Of a DNA stretch of 41,774 bases, positions 7,331 through 16,497 are shown one piece after another. The DNA lies in the UHGV virus genome UHGV-0209654, one strand, 5' to 3'. The position numbers and the translations under genes were made by a program. This DNA is from a virus. The notes beneath the pieces were generated by a model. The model did not search any database. It worked only from the letters and a program-made list of their open reading frames with translations, and was not told the DNA's origin. Each line of letters opens with the position of its first letter. The stretch's first letter is position 1.

Positions 7331-7333
7331 GAC

Positions 7334-7465
7334 TTATTCCTCCGTGATCAGATCTTCGCACTCCAGATCGATCAAGACCTGCTTTACCTGTGGCTTGATC
7401 TTTTCTGGTACCTGTGCGTAGGTTTTCTTTCCCTTAACAATAAGGGTTGCATAAATGATTGCCAT
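7334..7465 (-). CDS. Small conserved phage protein (43 aa), paralog 1 (not in ORF track)
   Basis: MAIIYATLIVKGKKTYAQVPEKIKPQVKQVLIDLECEDLITEE. Strong RBS GGAAGGAGGTGGAG. Paralogous to the next small gene. Confidence 0.5.
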   Translation of the reverse strand: MAIIYATLIVKGKKTYAQVPEKIKPQVKQVLIDLECEDLITEE

Positions 7466-7505
7466 AGTCTCCACCTCCTTCCTCAGTAATAAAAAGAGCA
7501 GCAGC

Positions 7506-7607
7506 CTAAGCATTTAATAATGCCTCAACTTCTGCTCTGATCTTCACAGGCACATCTTCAATATTAATTTTCCCTTTGCGGATCAGATCTGCATATACTC
7601 TTGCCAT
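7506..7607 (-). CDS. Small conserved phage protein (33 aa), paralog 2 (not in ORF track)
   Basis: MARVYADLIRKGKINIEDVPVKIRAEVEALLNA. RBS GAAGGAGGTGAGG. Start overlaps the stop of the upstream gene (TAATG). Confidence 0.5.
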   Translation of the reverse strand: MARVYADLIRKGKINIEDVPVKIRAEVEALLNA

Positions 7608-8035
7608 TATGCCTCACCTCCTTCATAAAGCTCTACAATTGCCAGCTGGGTATTTGTCACTTCTTCCTCTAATGCTGCATATTTTTCACGCAAGTCCGGA
7701 AGACGAAACTCTGCAATCAGAACGGTACCTGTTATATCTTTATACTCATACACTGCATTGCCCTCTGAATCAGTACCTGTCTGGTTTTTCTCAACTCTAA
7801 TTACATAATCCTTCTGTCTGGTCATGCGACCAGCATATACCAAATCTGTCCTGGATGCCATTGTGTCCCCATTTTCATCTAAAAGCAAAATAGATTTAAC
7901 GCCTGACATCACAGTTTCAACTTCTTCAAAGGTCTGCTCTCCTGGCTGAAAGATAATACATCCTCCATCCTGCTGCAGCTGATATCCGTCAGCTACTAAT
8001 TCATAACTCTGAGTTCCGATTTTGATAGATTCCAT
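7607..8035 (-). CDS. Hypothetical phage protein (tail-fibre-associated), 142 aa
   Basis: ORF with RBS AAAGGAGATAGAAC. Terminator hairpin (AAGGCC..GGCCTT) upstream at about 8076-8093. Confidence 0.5.
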   Translation of the reverse strand: MESIKIGTQSYELVADGYQLQQDGGCIIFQPGEQTFEEVETVMSGVKSILLLDENGDTMASRTDLVYAGRMTRQKDYVIRVEKNQTGTDSEGNAVYEYKDITGTVLIAEFRLPDLREKYAALEEEVTNTQLAIVELYEGGEA

Positions 8036-8192
8036 AATGTTCTATCTCCTTTCTGATTTGATTTTGTGTATAATAAAAGGCCCTTTTAGGCCTTGGATTG
8101 TTGTTTCTATGAAATTGGCTTAGTTTTATAGTAATTTAGAAACTCTTGGAACAAACAAACTCAACACAGATAATCATATTTCCAAGGTAGTC

Positions 8193-8375
8193 TTGAATGC
8201 TAATAATAATGGAGTAACGTTTACGATTGATGGCGTTCCTTATACTTCACCAATAATGGTTGCGGGAAAGAGCATTACTAGAATGGAAATTGATACAACA
8301 TTATCTAAATTAACCCTTGTTTTCTTTTATGATGGACAAATCATAAAACGGTATGTATCCTTGTCAGCATCTTAA
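8193..8375 (+). CDS. Small opposite-strand ORF in AT-rich gap of tail-fibre region (60 aa), possible moron
   Basis: ATG with weak RBS AAGGTAG. Lies in a 330-bp AT-rich gap between - strand genes. Beta-rich sequence. Confidence 0.3.
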   Translation: MNANNNGVTFTIDGVPYTSPIMVAGKSITRMEIDTTLSKLTLVFFYDGQIIKRYVSLSAS

Positions 8376-8426
8376 TTTATCAGTTGCAGAGACTTGTATT
8401 CCAATAGCAAACAATCTTTTTGTAGA

Positions 8427-8996
8427 TTAAGCCGTACCAAAAATTATCATAGTTACCCATTTTTTTCCGGAAAATGTAGAACCAGCTGTTGCAATTTTTA
8501 AATTATTTCCGTCTTTTACTGCTGTAAAATTGTAAACACCGCTATCTTCAACTTTTGTTTGACATATACCGCTAGCATATGTAGGAATGCTTCCAAAAAT
8601 AGATTGAAGTGTCTTAGTTGCTACTCCATTTGTAAAGGTAAACTCTTCGATAATTAAAACAATTGTTGTAGTTTTAACTTTTATTTTAAAATATCCCGAA
8701 TCTAAATTACTATTTTGTTTAGCAATCGCAGTCACCACATCCGCTGCACTGTCTGGCAATTTCGATACATCACCGATCTTCTGATTTACAGAATACAACG
8801 CTGCCATACTGGCAATCTTATCCGGATCATTAACGATCTGGCTTACTACTGCTGCTGCAATGGCTTCAATGGCATCACTGTTTCCTTTTATTCCTTCCTC
8901 CATATGTGTCAGTCTTTCCGCTGATAATGGCGTACTGGTATCAGGCTTATTTTTCCAAAGCTGTTTTACATAAGCCGTAAAGCTGCTTAATTTCAT
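8427..8996 (-). CDS. Tail fibre / receptor-binding protein candidate (189 aa) with compositionally distinct C-terminal half
   Basis: 3' half of gene (8427-8700) visibly AT-richer than 5' half. Last tail-fibre-region gene before the lysis cassette. Confidence 0.45.
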   Translation of the reverse strand: MKLSSFTAYVKQLWKNKPDTSTPLSAERLTHMEEGIKGNSDAIEAIAAAVVSQIVNDPDKIASMAALYSVNQKIGDVSKLPDSAADVVTAIAKQNSNLDSGYFKIKVKTTTIVLIIEEFTFTNGVATKTLQSIFGSIPTYASGICQTKVEDSGVYNFTAVKDGNNLKIATAGSTFSGKKWVTMIIFGTA

Positions 8997-9217
8997 GTTT
9001 CTATTCCTCCTTCAGTTGGATAAATATCTTTTGATGGATACAGGTCTGTATCTGGATGCAGGGTAAACAGATCCTCTCCAGGATAAAGCGTGGTTGCCGG
9101 ATATAAGGTTGTCTGTGGATACAGGGTATAAATTTCAACCTCGATCTTTATCTTCCCGCCTGCAGTCACCGGGTTTGGCGTGATCGATACTGATTGGATA
9201 TAAATACTGTCTGCCAT
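8993..9217 (-). CDS. Small tail-fibre-region protein with LYP peptide repeats (74 aa)
   Basis: Repeats TTLYP/ATTLYP/DLYP/DIYP, mirrored by DNA repeats (ggatacagg). Confidence 0.4.
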   Translation of the reverse strand: MADSIYIQSVSITPNPVTAGGKIKIEVEIYTLYPQTTLYPATTLYPGEDLFTLHPDTDLYPSKDIYPTEGGIET

Positions 9218-9483
9218 TATTCAGCCACCACCTCTATACATTCCATCAAAATCTCTTCTGCTACTTTATAGGTGAAATAAAGGCGATAGGTCACACGTTT
9301 TTGCGGAGCTATCATGGCACGGATCACATCCCCATTGATCTCACATTCACCCTGGGCTTCGGTTTCATAGTTGCCTTTAAGTTCCCAGGTGGCATCCCGG
9401 ATCGTGAAGGGAGCCTGATCTCTTGCGTGTATCCGAAGTCCAATGCTTTTATTTTCACCTACATAGAAATGGACCCGTTGCAT
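9217..9483 (-). CDS. Hypothetical phage structural protein (88 aa)
   Basis: ORF in tail-fibre gene run. Start overlaps the upstream stop. Confidence 0.45.
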   Translation of the reverse strand: MQRVHFYVGENKSIGLRIHARDQAPFTIRDATWELKGNYETEAQGECEINGDVIRAMIAPQKRVTYRLYFTYKVAEEILMECIEVVAE

Positions 9484-9788
9484 CTTTTTCCTCCTTCCAC
9501 TAACAGTTCCGTATAAATCTGCGGTGCTACAAGTTCAGCCTCCCATTCCGTTTCAAGAAGCTGTCCATAGTAAGGAACCGGCTCCACATGAGCACACAGC
9601 AATGCTGTATTGACTACAAACAACATCTTTGCTATATATGCCTGATTACCAGCCTCATCCTCTGCCAGGATCTCCACCACATATTCCCCGTCCGTATCAA
9701 AGGGGACCGGTACATTCCACCAGTCCCCTTCTGATCGGTTCAGCTCGACTTCACAGCCGTCTACACGGCCAAAAACACGTTTGACCAT
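9459..9788 (-). CDS. Hypothetical phage structural protein (109 aa)
   Basis: ORF in tail-fibre gene run, acidic. Confidence 0.45.
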   Translation of the reverse strand: MVKRVFGRVDGCEVELNRSEGDWWNVPVPFDTDGEYVVEILAEDEAGNQAYIAKMLFVVNTALLCAHVEPVPYYGQLLETEWEAELVAPQIYTELLVEGGKRCNGSISM

Positions 9789-9800
9789 TATAGCCTCCTA

Positions 9801-10715
9801 TTAGTCGGTAACCTCCACGCTGATCACATAGGTCTTGCCACAGTCTACTGGGTTTGGATTGATCGTTACAGACTTGATCACAGGCGCTGTTGTATCTACT
9901 GTTACGGTTCTGGTAACGGTTGTAGTCTTACCTGCAGAGTCTTTCGCAACAACTGTAATGGTATTTGTACCAGTAACCAGTGTCAGTGCCTTACTAAAGG
10001 TACCATCAGATCCGACTGTTACTGTTTCCGCAGTACCACTGTTCAGCTTGACTGTTACTGTAACAGGGCTGGAAGTTGCGTCATTGGTAGTACCGGTAAC
10101 AGTAACCGCAGTCTTGTTGGTAACCAGTTTATCTGCCGGAGCTGTGATAGAAAGTGTAGGTGGTACAGTATCGATCTTGAATGTAACGGTCTTCTGTGTA
10201 GCCGCATTTCCATCAAAGTCAGATGCATCGATCTTAATTGTATGGCTGCCATCTGCCAGAGCTGTAGTTGGAGTATAAGTACACTCATATCCACCTGTAA
10301 CAGCTGTTTTAGTAATGCTGTCACCTGTAACCTTGCTGCCACTGTCAATGGTAATACCAATAGTTGCAGGATTAACACCAGAATCCGCATCTGTTACTTT
10401 CCACTTAATAGTTGGCTTATTGTTGGTGATATAAGATCCTGCTGTTGGACTGGTAATGGTAATAGCCGGTGCAACTTTCTCTTTTACTTTTAATTTCAGA
10501 CTGACTCCCAAGGTCGTATCTGAATCCGTCTTTGTCGTTGTATTTCCAGCCACATCCGTTGCCTTGACCGTTACCGGATAATAATGCCCGTCATTGATGG
10601 TATAACTGGACTTAGATGGAGCTGTGATCGTAGCTTCATATTTTCCTGTGCTGGAATTTAATGTTAATGTAGTTGTTACGCCATTAATGATGGCCTGTAC
10701 TGTTTTTACTGCCAT
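9801..10715 (-). CDS. Tail fibre protein with tandem bacterial Ig-like domains (304 aa)
   Basis: Thr/Val-rich beta repeats (TVTVKLNSGTAETVTVGSDGTF..., TITVVAKDSAGKTTTVTRTVTVDTTAP) typical of Big/Ig-like folds. Confidence 0.6.
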   Translation of the reverse strand: MAVKTVQAIINGVTTTLTLNSSTGKYEATITAPSKSSYTINDGHYYPVTVKATDVAGNTTTKTDSDTTLGVSLKLKVKEKVAPAITITSPTAGSYITNNKPTIKWKVTDADSGVNPATIGITIDSGSKVTGDSITKTAVTGGYECTYTPTTALADGSHTIKIDASDFDGNAATQKTVTFKIDTVPPTLSITAPADKLVTNKTAVTVTGTTNDATSSPVTVTVKLNSGTAETVTVGSDGTFSKALTLVTGTNTITVVAKDSAGKTTTVTRTVTVDTTAPVIKSVTINPNPVDCGKTYVISVEVTD

Positions 10716-10867
10716 TATTTTATCTCCTTCTTTTTATCTGTTTTTTCTAACCCACGTACAACAACCGCTGCATTACTGAGCAGCGCCGCCTGATCCGGGC
10801 CGGTTACAATAAGATGATCAAAAATATAGAGCAACGTTGCCCGCTGCTCCTCTGATAAGTTATACAT
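10715..10867 (-). CDS. Small protein (50 aa) tightly coupled between tail spike and Ig-like fibre genes (not in ORF track)
   Basis: MYNLSEEQRATLLYIFDHLIVTGPDQAALLSNAAVVVRGLEKTDKKKEIK. Start overlaps the stop of the 699-aa gene. Stop overlaps the start of the next gene (TAATG). Confidence 0.4.
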   Translation of the reverse strand: MYNLSEEQRATLLYIFDHLIVTGPDQAALLSNAAVVVRGLEKTDKKKEIK

Positions 10868-12959
10868 GTGCTTCCTTTCTGATCAGGCTTTTCAGCCTGT
10901 CAATTTCCTCCTGCTGGCTCTGCATAGCAGCTACCAGCAGGGGAATGTAATTGGTATACGGGATGGTAAAATATCTTCCACTATGTCCATACAGAGGAAG
11001 GTTTAACCCCTGTTTTCTGCATATCCTGCGGACATCCTGAGCAATAAAACCTATACCTTCATGGTCTGTCCGTTTCATATTGTAGGATACCGGCTGGAGC
11101 TGTTTGATGATCTGAAGTGCTGTTCCTGTATCTACTTTATGGATATTTTCCTTTAATCTTCGGTCTGAGTACTCATCTATTGTCCCAATGATCGTATTGG
11201 CTCTGAGCTTGTCACACCCAATGGTATTGGCGCCTATATCCGCCATGGACGCATAACAATCTACAGAAAAAGTATCCCTGCATGTAAATCTGGATGCAAG
11301 TACGTTTTCACCATAAATGGTAGCACCTGTAGCAGTGGTACCGATCTCTATATTTTTTGCAAGGACTTTACCATTCTGATCTACCGTAAACTGACCATCA
11401 CCAACATTGATACTTCCCTTGAACAGACCTTCCACTACGGTCAGTTTCCCGTCTGCAGTCAAGGAAGAATAGGTGGACGTCCAGCTAAAGCGATTGCCTT
11501 TAATATCAATGCCGCCACTTTCAATGGATAATTGAGCCGATACTTCTCCCTTTTTAACCATCAGTTTTATGTTCTCTGCCGTCATCGTGATTTGAGAAGA
11601 TAATTCTCCTTCTGCAGCAGACGCTCGTTTTACTTCTGCGGCGATCTGTTCTGCAGTGATCGTCAGTTTTGCCTCTGTCCGTTTTTCCAGATCTACCAGG
11701 TTTGCTGATACTTCATCTACATTTTTCTTTAAATATGCAGCCTTGCCTTTTAAGCGGATAATGTCCGCGTTGGTCCCCTGCTCTTCCTTTCGTATTTCTT
11801 CACCTGTTGCGCTATAGGTATCCTGTAAGGCATGGATCCCTTTCATCGTCCTCTTAATGATGTAAGAAACAATTGTCCCTTCTTCCGACTTGATCAAGCC
11901 GGCATCTCCCAGTTCTAAATATGGCAAGCCTTTTAGCAGATTACATTCGTAAGGAACATAAGGTCGGCTGCTCACCATTCCATAAATCCCCGCTGCGATC
12001 TGCTGTAATTCATCTGCGCCCTTGCCGTATAGCAGGAAGTTACCTTCTACTACCAGACAATTACCGGTTCCATAGATCGCACCAATATCCTCTTCTTCCT
12101 GGCGGATTTGTACCGCTTCAACGGCTTTTACCGTGTAATCTTCAAAAACACAGGATTTATACAGATTTTGTGAAATTGTTTCATCATAGACCTGCTCATT
12201 CATTTCACCTGGAACAAGAGGATATAATTCATCTGACGGATACAGATTTTCAGCTGGTGCCAAAATATAATTCGGTTGCAATGCAATATGCTGTAAAATT
12301 CCTTCCCGGTCAAAATGGCCAAACACACCATTCATCTGTTCACATGCAATCAAAGTATCCCGACCAGACAATTCTTCTACACTCATTGTCTTTTCAATCA
12401 AAATACTGTCATTTGGAAGATAAGATGGAACCTTTTCCGTCACACCAACGTACTGACATAAACTGGATCTGAATTCTTTCAATGTCATTGGAAACAAAAG
12501 ATTGTTATACCACTGTGCCACATTTACATCAAATAGAGACATCTGGTCCAGACCCACAATATCCAGGTATTTTCTATCTGTTTCTTTTTCTGCGGATTTA
12601 ATGATATATACTCCTAAAGGCATCCGATATCCATTAGGATATATATCATCACCTGGAAACAGGCCTGCTTCTGGCCATATTCCCTCCAGGATCTGATAAA
12701 CTTTCATTCTGGCTTCTTTTACAACTTCCGTAACATTAAGAAGTGTAATTTTTAACTGTGATGCCTCGCAGCTTCCAAATTCCAGATTTTCATTACTGGA
12801 CAATGCCTCATCCAGTTCCATTGTTTCCGCTTTTATGTTACTGCTTGAAAGATGCAGGTAAGGTTCTTCTTCTCCTTTGTGATAAAAGTCCAGGATCAGC
12901 TGTTTATCTGTACTGTCTGCCCGATACAGTTCTTTTAATCGTTCATCCACATTTAACAT
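10860..12959 (-). CDS. Tail spike / tail fibre protein with C-terminal intramolecular-chaperone auto-processing (peptidase S74-like) domain, 699 aa
   Basis: C-terminus SDRRLKENIHKV...GIGFIAQDV...PLLVAAMQSQQEEIDRLK matches the endosialidase chaperone (S74) motif family. Follows TMP and small tail protein. Confidence 0.65.
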   Translation of the reverse strand: MLNVDERLKELYRADSTDKQLILDFYHKGEEEPYLHLSSSNIKAETMELDEALSSNENLEFGSCEASQLKITLLNVTEVVKEARMKVYQILEGIWPEAGLFPGDDIYPNGYRMPLGVYIIKSAEKETDRKYLDIVGLDQMSLFDVNVAQWYNNLLFPMTLKEFRSSLCQYVGVTEKVPSYLPNDSILIEKTMSVEELSGRDTLIACEQMNGVFGHFDREGILQHIALQPNYILAPAENLYPSDELYPLVPGEMNEQVYDETISQNLYKSCVFEDYTVKAVEAVQIRQEEEDIGAIYGTGNCLVVEGNFLLYGKGADELQQIAAGIYGMVSSRPYVPYECNLLKGLPYLELGDAGLIKSEEGTIVSYIIKRTMKGIHALQDTYSATGEEIRKEEQGTNADIIRLKGKAAYLKKNVDEVSANLVDLEKRTEAKLTITAEQIAAEVKRASAAEGELSSQITMTAENIKLMVKKGEVSAQLSIESGGIDIKGNRFSWTSTYSSLTADGKLTVVEGLFKGSINVGDGQFTVDQNGKVLAKNIEIGTTATGATIYGENVLASRFTCRDTFSVDCYASMADIGANTIGCDKLRANTIIGTIDEYSDRRLKENIHKVDTGTALQIIKQLQPVSYNMKRTDHEGIGFIAQDVRRICRKQGLNLPLYGHSGRYFTIPYTNYIPLLVAAMQSQQEEIDRLKSLIRKEAHV

Positions 12960-12970
12960 AAGCTGCCTCC

Positions 12971-13381
12971 CTAATATTCTGTCAACTGAATATCAAATGG
13001 CTCATAGACCATATCCAGTTTTCTTTCATTCACATGAGAGATCGTATATTCAATATCTGCGATATAAAATACTCCTGACTTATAATCCATTTCCTCATCG
13101 TTCCAATACGTGACAGATACCTTTCTTTCCCGCTCTCCTCCTGACACGATCCCCGCATCTATGATCGCTTTAACGACTATCTTTTCACCCAGATACAGTT
13201 TCCGGATCGGTACTGTCAGGCTCGTCTTATAATTCGGCGATGTCTGACGGTGGAGCAATGCCGTTGCATCACGGGATGCATCCAGTTCCAGTCTCTGATT
13301 GGGTGTACTTTTATATTTCTCCAGATACTTATTCGGAAGGACGGTATTTCCAAACTTTATAAGCCATCCTTTAAAAGCCAT
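12971..13381 (-). CDS. Tail component (distal-tail-like) protein, 136 aa
   Basis: Immediately downstream of tape measure. Position-based call. Confidence 0.4.
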   Translation of the reverse strand: MAFKGWLIKFGNTVLPNKYLEKYKSTPNQRLELDASRDATALLHRQTSPNYKTSLTVPIRKLYLGEKIVVKAIIDAGIVSGGERERKVSVTYWNDEEMDYKSGVFYIADIEYTISHVNERKLDMVYEPFDIQLTEY

Positions 13382-13393
13382 AGTCCTTTCTCC

Positions 13394-16300
13394 TTACATA
13401 AGCAGCGGATTTTTTCCCGTCTGCTTTCTTGCCAACCGGTTACGTTTTACCACATTTTCATACACTACCTTTCCATCCAGATTGATCATCAGCTGAATAT
13501 CTCCACCCAGTCCAGCACCTGCCTCTTTCAAAGCTTCCAGCAATGCCTGCTTGATCGTAGACAATGGAGAGACAACTTCTGCTTCCCGGTTGTTGTCTCC
13601 AAGGATCGCCGCAAATTCTCCGGCCTGTCTTGGAACAACGGTTCCTGTAGCCAGTCTAGGAAGTTTCATCGATGAGACATTAAATCCAAAATGCTGACCA
13701 CCGGCAAGGGGCACCCAGTCCGGTACATCAAAACTGATACCATTTAAACCTTCCACAATATGATTGATCGCAACTTCTACTGTGGAAATGATCCCGTTAA
13801 AAACACTCTTAAATATATCTTTTATACCATTTAAGGCCTTTTCCATATCTCCGGTAAATACGCCCTGTATAAACTCCAGGATGCCGTTTAAAGCGTCTGT
13901 TACACCTTGGGCTGCAGTGCTTACTACTGCAAGAAGCGCAGTAAAAAATCCTCCAACATTTTCAATGGCTGCACCAATAAGCGGGGCAAAACTCTGAACG
14001 ATCCAGTTTAAAAGCGACTGCAGTACCTGGTTCCATAAGACGGTTAGGGTATCTGCAACGTTTCCGAATAATTCTACAAAACTTTTAATAAATGGCTGCA
14101 AATATTGGCTTTTGACTTCTGTAAATTTATCTGCCACTTTCTGAAGTGCCGGCAATATGTATGTTTCAAATGCTTCCAGAGCGCTTTTGTGGATTTCTGT
14201 AAGTCCCTCTGTAAATGCGTCAAACATAGGTGCTACATGCTCATCATATGTCTGGTTTATCTGATCAAACGCATCTGTAAACAGATCTTTAAGATCTCCC
14301 ATTATCTGAGCAGCAACTCCCAGAAGCCCGTCAAATGCCTGTTTAAAACCGGCCGTATTATTTGTAAGAGGCGTCAGCAGGGCGTTTAAAAGATCCCACC
14401 CAAGCTTGGCAAACACTTCTGTCAAACCCATGAAGGAGTTGGAAAAAAAGCCGATCAGATTTGCAGTAAATGTTTGCCCGTTTTCATCTGCAAAGACACT
14501 GAATACTTCTGCGAAAGCTGCGGAAAAATTTGCCACAATATCTGCTATGTCCCCGGTTATATCAAACATGTCTATGATATATTGCTTGATCCGTTCCTGA
14601 GCTTCTTCCAGATACTTTGCAGTGCCACCGACCAGGTTTGCTGCCAGCGTAATACCAACTGAAGCAACAGCCCCTGCGATTACGCCTAAATCATAGACCA
14701 TTTTATTTCCCCAGGTACTTGCTGCAGCCTGGACTCGCGGATCTGAAAAAATATCAGACAGGCTTTCCTTAATACTCTGAAGCCCTTTCTGGATCGTAGC
14801 AAACCGGGAAGTAGTATCTCCTAATCCTACCTTAAATCCTTTGGTGAATAGACTAGACAGATCACTCCATTTCTTTTTTAATGCATCCAGGGCTTTTGAC
14901 AGTGAACTGGATACTGCCACTGTTTCAAACATCTGGGACGGATCTATTCCGGAACCACCGCCTCCGCCACCTGCATTATTTTGACTTAGGACATTTAATT
15001 TATCAAAAGCTGCCAGACTATTCTTTGCATCTTTTGCTGCGCTTCCTGTCTTTTTAAGACTTTTTGCATAATCTTCCTGGGTCTTCTTAGCTTTCACAAA
15101 GGTGGATTTCCCTGTTAATGCCGCTACCAGTTGCCCGATCCAGGCCAGTGCCTGGGCTATCGCATCAATCAATGCAGTGATTGCCGGTACCGCAACACTT
15201 AAAATGGGAGCAAAACCGGCTGCCAGGCTGTTCTTTAAATACAATAAAGAAGAGGACAGACCGGATAATGTCTGGTTTGCGCTTCCGGAATATCTTGCAA
15301 GGTTTTGAAAGCCTTCCTTTGTCGCGCTCATCACTGCCATTACCGCCTGCATGACAAAACGCATCATCATCATACGGCTGATTCGGCCTAAAAGCTGCAT
15401 CCCTTTCCCTGAGTTCTTCGCCGCTTTACCAGCGCCATTTACAGAGTCCCTTAATTTATCCGCGGATGCTTTTGCTTTCTTCTGTCCGGCATCTGCACTT
15501 AAAAGGGATTTTTTGTATTCATTCTCTGCCTGGATCACCTGTTGCAGTTGAACATAGGTCTGATCATAATCTGCATCTCCAAGTGATATTCCCTGCTGCT
15601 CCATTCCCAGTAGTTTACTTCTGAGTGCTTCCTTCTGTCCTTCAAAAGAGTCTGCGTCAAACTGAACCGGGATTTTAACAGGAGTGGTAAGGTTCTTTTT
15701 ATAAGTGTTCAATTCGGACTGTGCCTGGTTTAAAGCTTTATAGGTACTGTCATACAAGGCATCACCAAAGCTTTTTCCCTGGCTTTCCAGGTCTTTGAGT
15801 TCTTTCTTTAAACGATCAATCTTCCCCTGCAGGGAGTCCGCCGGAAAAATAACTGCGTCTGGCGTTGGATTAGTCAGTTCCTGCTTATAATCTTTTAAAG
15901 CCTGCTTGACTTTTTCCAACTTCAGATAAGCCTCATCATATTTTTCGTCACCAAAGTACATCCCCTGGCTTTCCAGGTCTTTGAGTTCTTGCTTCAATTC
16001 GCTGATCTTCTGTGCAAATTCATTGGTTGCCTTTTCCGCTTCCTCTTCTCCGGATACATACTTATCAATAAATTCTATTGCCGCAGGATCATAACCATAT
16101 GCTGAAGGATCGTCTACCTTTACCCGTCTGGCAGGTGTCGGCTCCTGTTCCTGGTATTCCCCACGATCTACTTTGATGGCATCCATCTGTTCCTGCAGGC
16201 TTTTGGTCTGTCTTTCTGCCTGTTTAGCTGACTCTGTTACCTGATCAATTCCCTCAGCTGCCTTGGAAGACTGGGCTGCTGCTGTTTCTGCCGCCTGGCC

Positions 16301-16492
16301 CACATTATTAAACACATTTGAAATATTGTCAGAAAGCCTGTCAACTGCTTTAGTGAGTCTGTCAAAAGCTTTTTCCAGTGTTCCGGTTCCTTTTTCCAGT
16401 CCAGAGGTATCAATTTTTGTATCAAATTTCAGACTGCCATCAGCTGCCATATCCTCACCTCTTTTCCAGGCATCAAAATAAGACGCTGTCAC
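13394..16492 (-). CDS. Tail tape measure protein (1032 aa)
   Basis: Very long coiled-coil-rich ORF between tail chaperones and tail tip genes. Gly-run GGGGGGSG. Hydrophobic segment. Tandem internal repeats. Confidence 0.85.
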   Translation of the reverse strand: MTASYFDAWKRGEDMAADGSLKFDTKIDTSGLEKGTGTLEKAFDRLTKAVDRLSDNISNVFNNVGQAAETAAAQSSKAAEGIDQVTESAKQAERQTKSLQEQMDAIKVDRGEYQEQEPTPARRVKVDDPSAYGYDPAAIEFIDKYVSGEEEAEKATNEFAQKISELKQELKDLESQGMYFGDEKYDEAYLKLEKVKQALKDYKQELTNPTPDAVIFPADSLQGKIDRLKKELKDLESQGKSFGDALYDSTYKALNQAQSELNTYKKNLTTPVKIPVQFDADSFEGQKEALRSKLLGMEQQGISLGDADYDQTYVQLQQVIQAENEYKKSLLSADAGQKKAKASADKLRDSVNGAGKAAKNSGKGMQLLGRISRMMMMRFVMQAVMAVMSATKEGFQNLARYSGSANQTLSGLSSSLLYLKNSLAAGFAPILSVAVPAITALIDAIAQALAWIGQLVAALTGKSTFVKAKKTQEDYAKSLKKTGSAAKDAKNSLAAFDKLNVLSQNNAGGGGGGSGIDPSQMFETVAVSSSLSKALDALKKKWSDLSSLFTKGFKVGLGDTTSRFATIQKGLQSIKESLSDIFSDPRVQAAASTWGNKMVYDLGVIAGAVASVGITLAANLVGGTAKYLEEAQERIKQYIIDMFDITGDIADIVANFSAAFAEVFSVFADENGQTFTANLIGFFSNSFMGLTEVFAKLGWDLLNALLTPLTNNTAGFKQAFDGLLGVAAQIMGDLKDLFTDAFDQINQTYDEHVAPMFDAFTEGLTEIHKSALEAFETYILPALQKVADKFTEVKSQYLQPFIKSFVELFGNVADTLTVLWNQVLQSLLNWIVQSFAPLIGAAIENVGGFFTALLAVVSTAAQGVTDALNGILEFIQGVFTGDMEKALNGIKDIFKSVFNGIISTVEVAINHIVEGLNGISFDVPDWVPLAGGQHFGFNVSSMKLPRLATGTVVPRQAGEFAAILGDNNREAEVVSPLSTIKQALLEALKEAGAGLGGDIQLMINLDGKVVYENVVKRNRLARKQTGKNPLLM
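15496..15995 (-). repeat. Three tandem 62-63-codon repeats inside tape measure gene
   Basis: Protein repeats ELKDLESQG(M/K)(Y/S)FGD...YK..L. DNA repeat tggctttccaggtctttgagttctt at about 15783 and about 15968. Confidence 0.5.
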
Positions 16493-16497
16493 GCGCC

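Noticed and set aside
9835-10493. Plus-strand ORFs inside the Ig-like tail fibre gene (9835-10278, 10242-10493) and similar + strand ORFs throughout the - strand structural block (e.g. 11921-12472, 13250-13675, 13764-15551, 16615-17055)
   Set aside because: All lie antisense within long, coherent - strand genes, lack RBSs and have skewed composition. They are an artefact of the coding-strand bias.
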